Shown: positions 63,612 through 64,000 of the stretch, piece after piece
Numbering within the stretch: the first letter of the stretch is position 1
Layout: each line of letters starts with the position of its first letter
NCBI RefSeq assembly: GCF_009914755.1
Contig: NC_060934.1
Reading direction: 5' to 3' (one strand)
DNA length: 64,000 bases
Source of the DNA: the human T2T-CHM13v2.0 reference genome, Homo sapiens
Position numbers and translations under genes: made by a program
Notes under the pieces: model-generated
Told to the model about the DNA's origin: nothing
Database searches by the model: none
Seen by the model: only the letters and a program-made list of their open reading frames with translations

Positions 63612-64000
63612 TCATTAATTCAAATTAAAAAGTTTTCAAAATAAATTTGGAGGGAAAAAAACTAACAAATACAAGTGTTTTCAAAAGGTTGAAAAAAAAT
63701 GGGACAACTTTTCCAAAGTCATTATTTTGAAATCCAGAACCTTCCAAACCATTAACGTTCCATCCCACTCAAATTTCTTTGGGGTGCCTTTGGTGCTGTT
63801 TCTTAGGAAGGTGCAGATTAGAGTTAAGAGTGGACTCTATGAGCTGTGGACCTACCTGTTAATATTCTAAAGGAGTGCGTGACCTAAAAAAATCTTTTAA
63901 GCGGCTAGAAATAGCATCTCAAGGAAAGTAGCCCTGACAGCAAAGGAATTACTAACTAAGCTACTTTGTGGGATGTGAGAAAATTCACAGCAAAAAGAAA

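Overview
Primate (very probably human) genomic DNA, recognised from the translated exons as the HSPA14 - SUV39H2 - DCLRE1C neighbourhood (human chr10p13, from recall). It holds the last four coding exons of HSPA14 (+, 1048-5571) and the complete six-exon SUV39H2 H3K9 methyltransferase gene (+, CDS 12854-36476, 1233 nt = 410 aa + stop) with its CpG-island promoter. It also holds the last five coding exons of DCLRE1C/Artemis (-, 62117-42372), convergent with SUV39H2. The rest is intron, UTR or intergenic DNA dense in Alu, L1, L2, MIR, MaLR LTR and DNA-transposon fossils; nearly all other ORFs in the supplied track are repeat-derived or chance. I see no prokaryotic-type system. Most interesting observations: (1) a frameshifted but still spliceable Arg/Pro-rich N-terminal extension at the start of SUV39H2 intron 1 that resembles the mouse basic domain; (2) an Alu-derived alternative terminal exon of Artemis lying antisense inside SUV39H2 intron 3; (3) a DCLRE1C poly(A) choice that controls an inverted-Alu pair and a truncated U2 snRNA retrocopy; (4) a tandemly duplicated splice donor in HSPA14 that would create a premature stop; (5) several small local duplications. 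Exon boundaries were read base by base; repeat boundaries and subfamily names are by eye and approximate.
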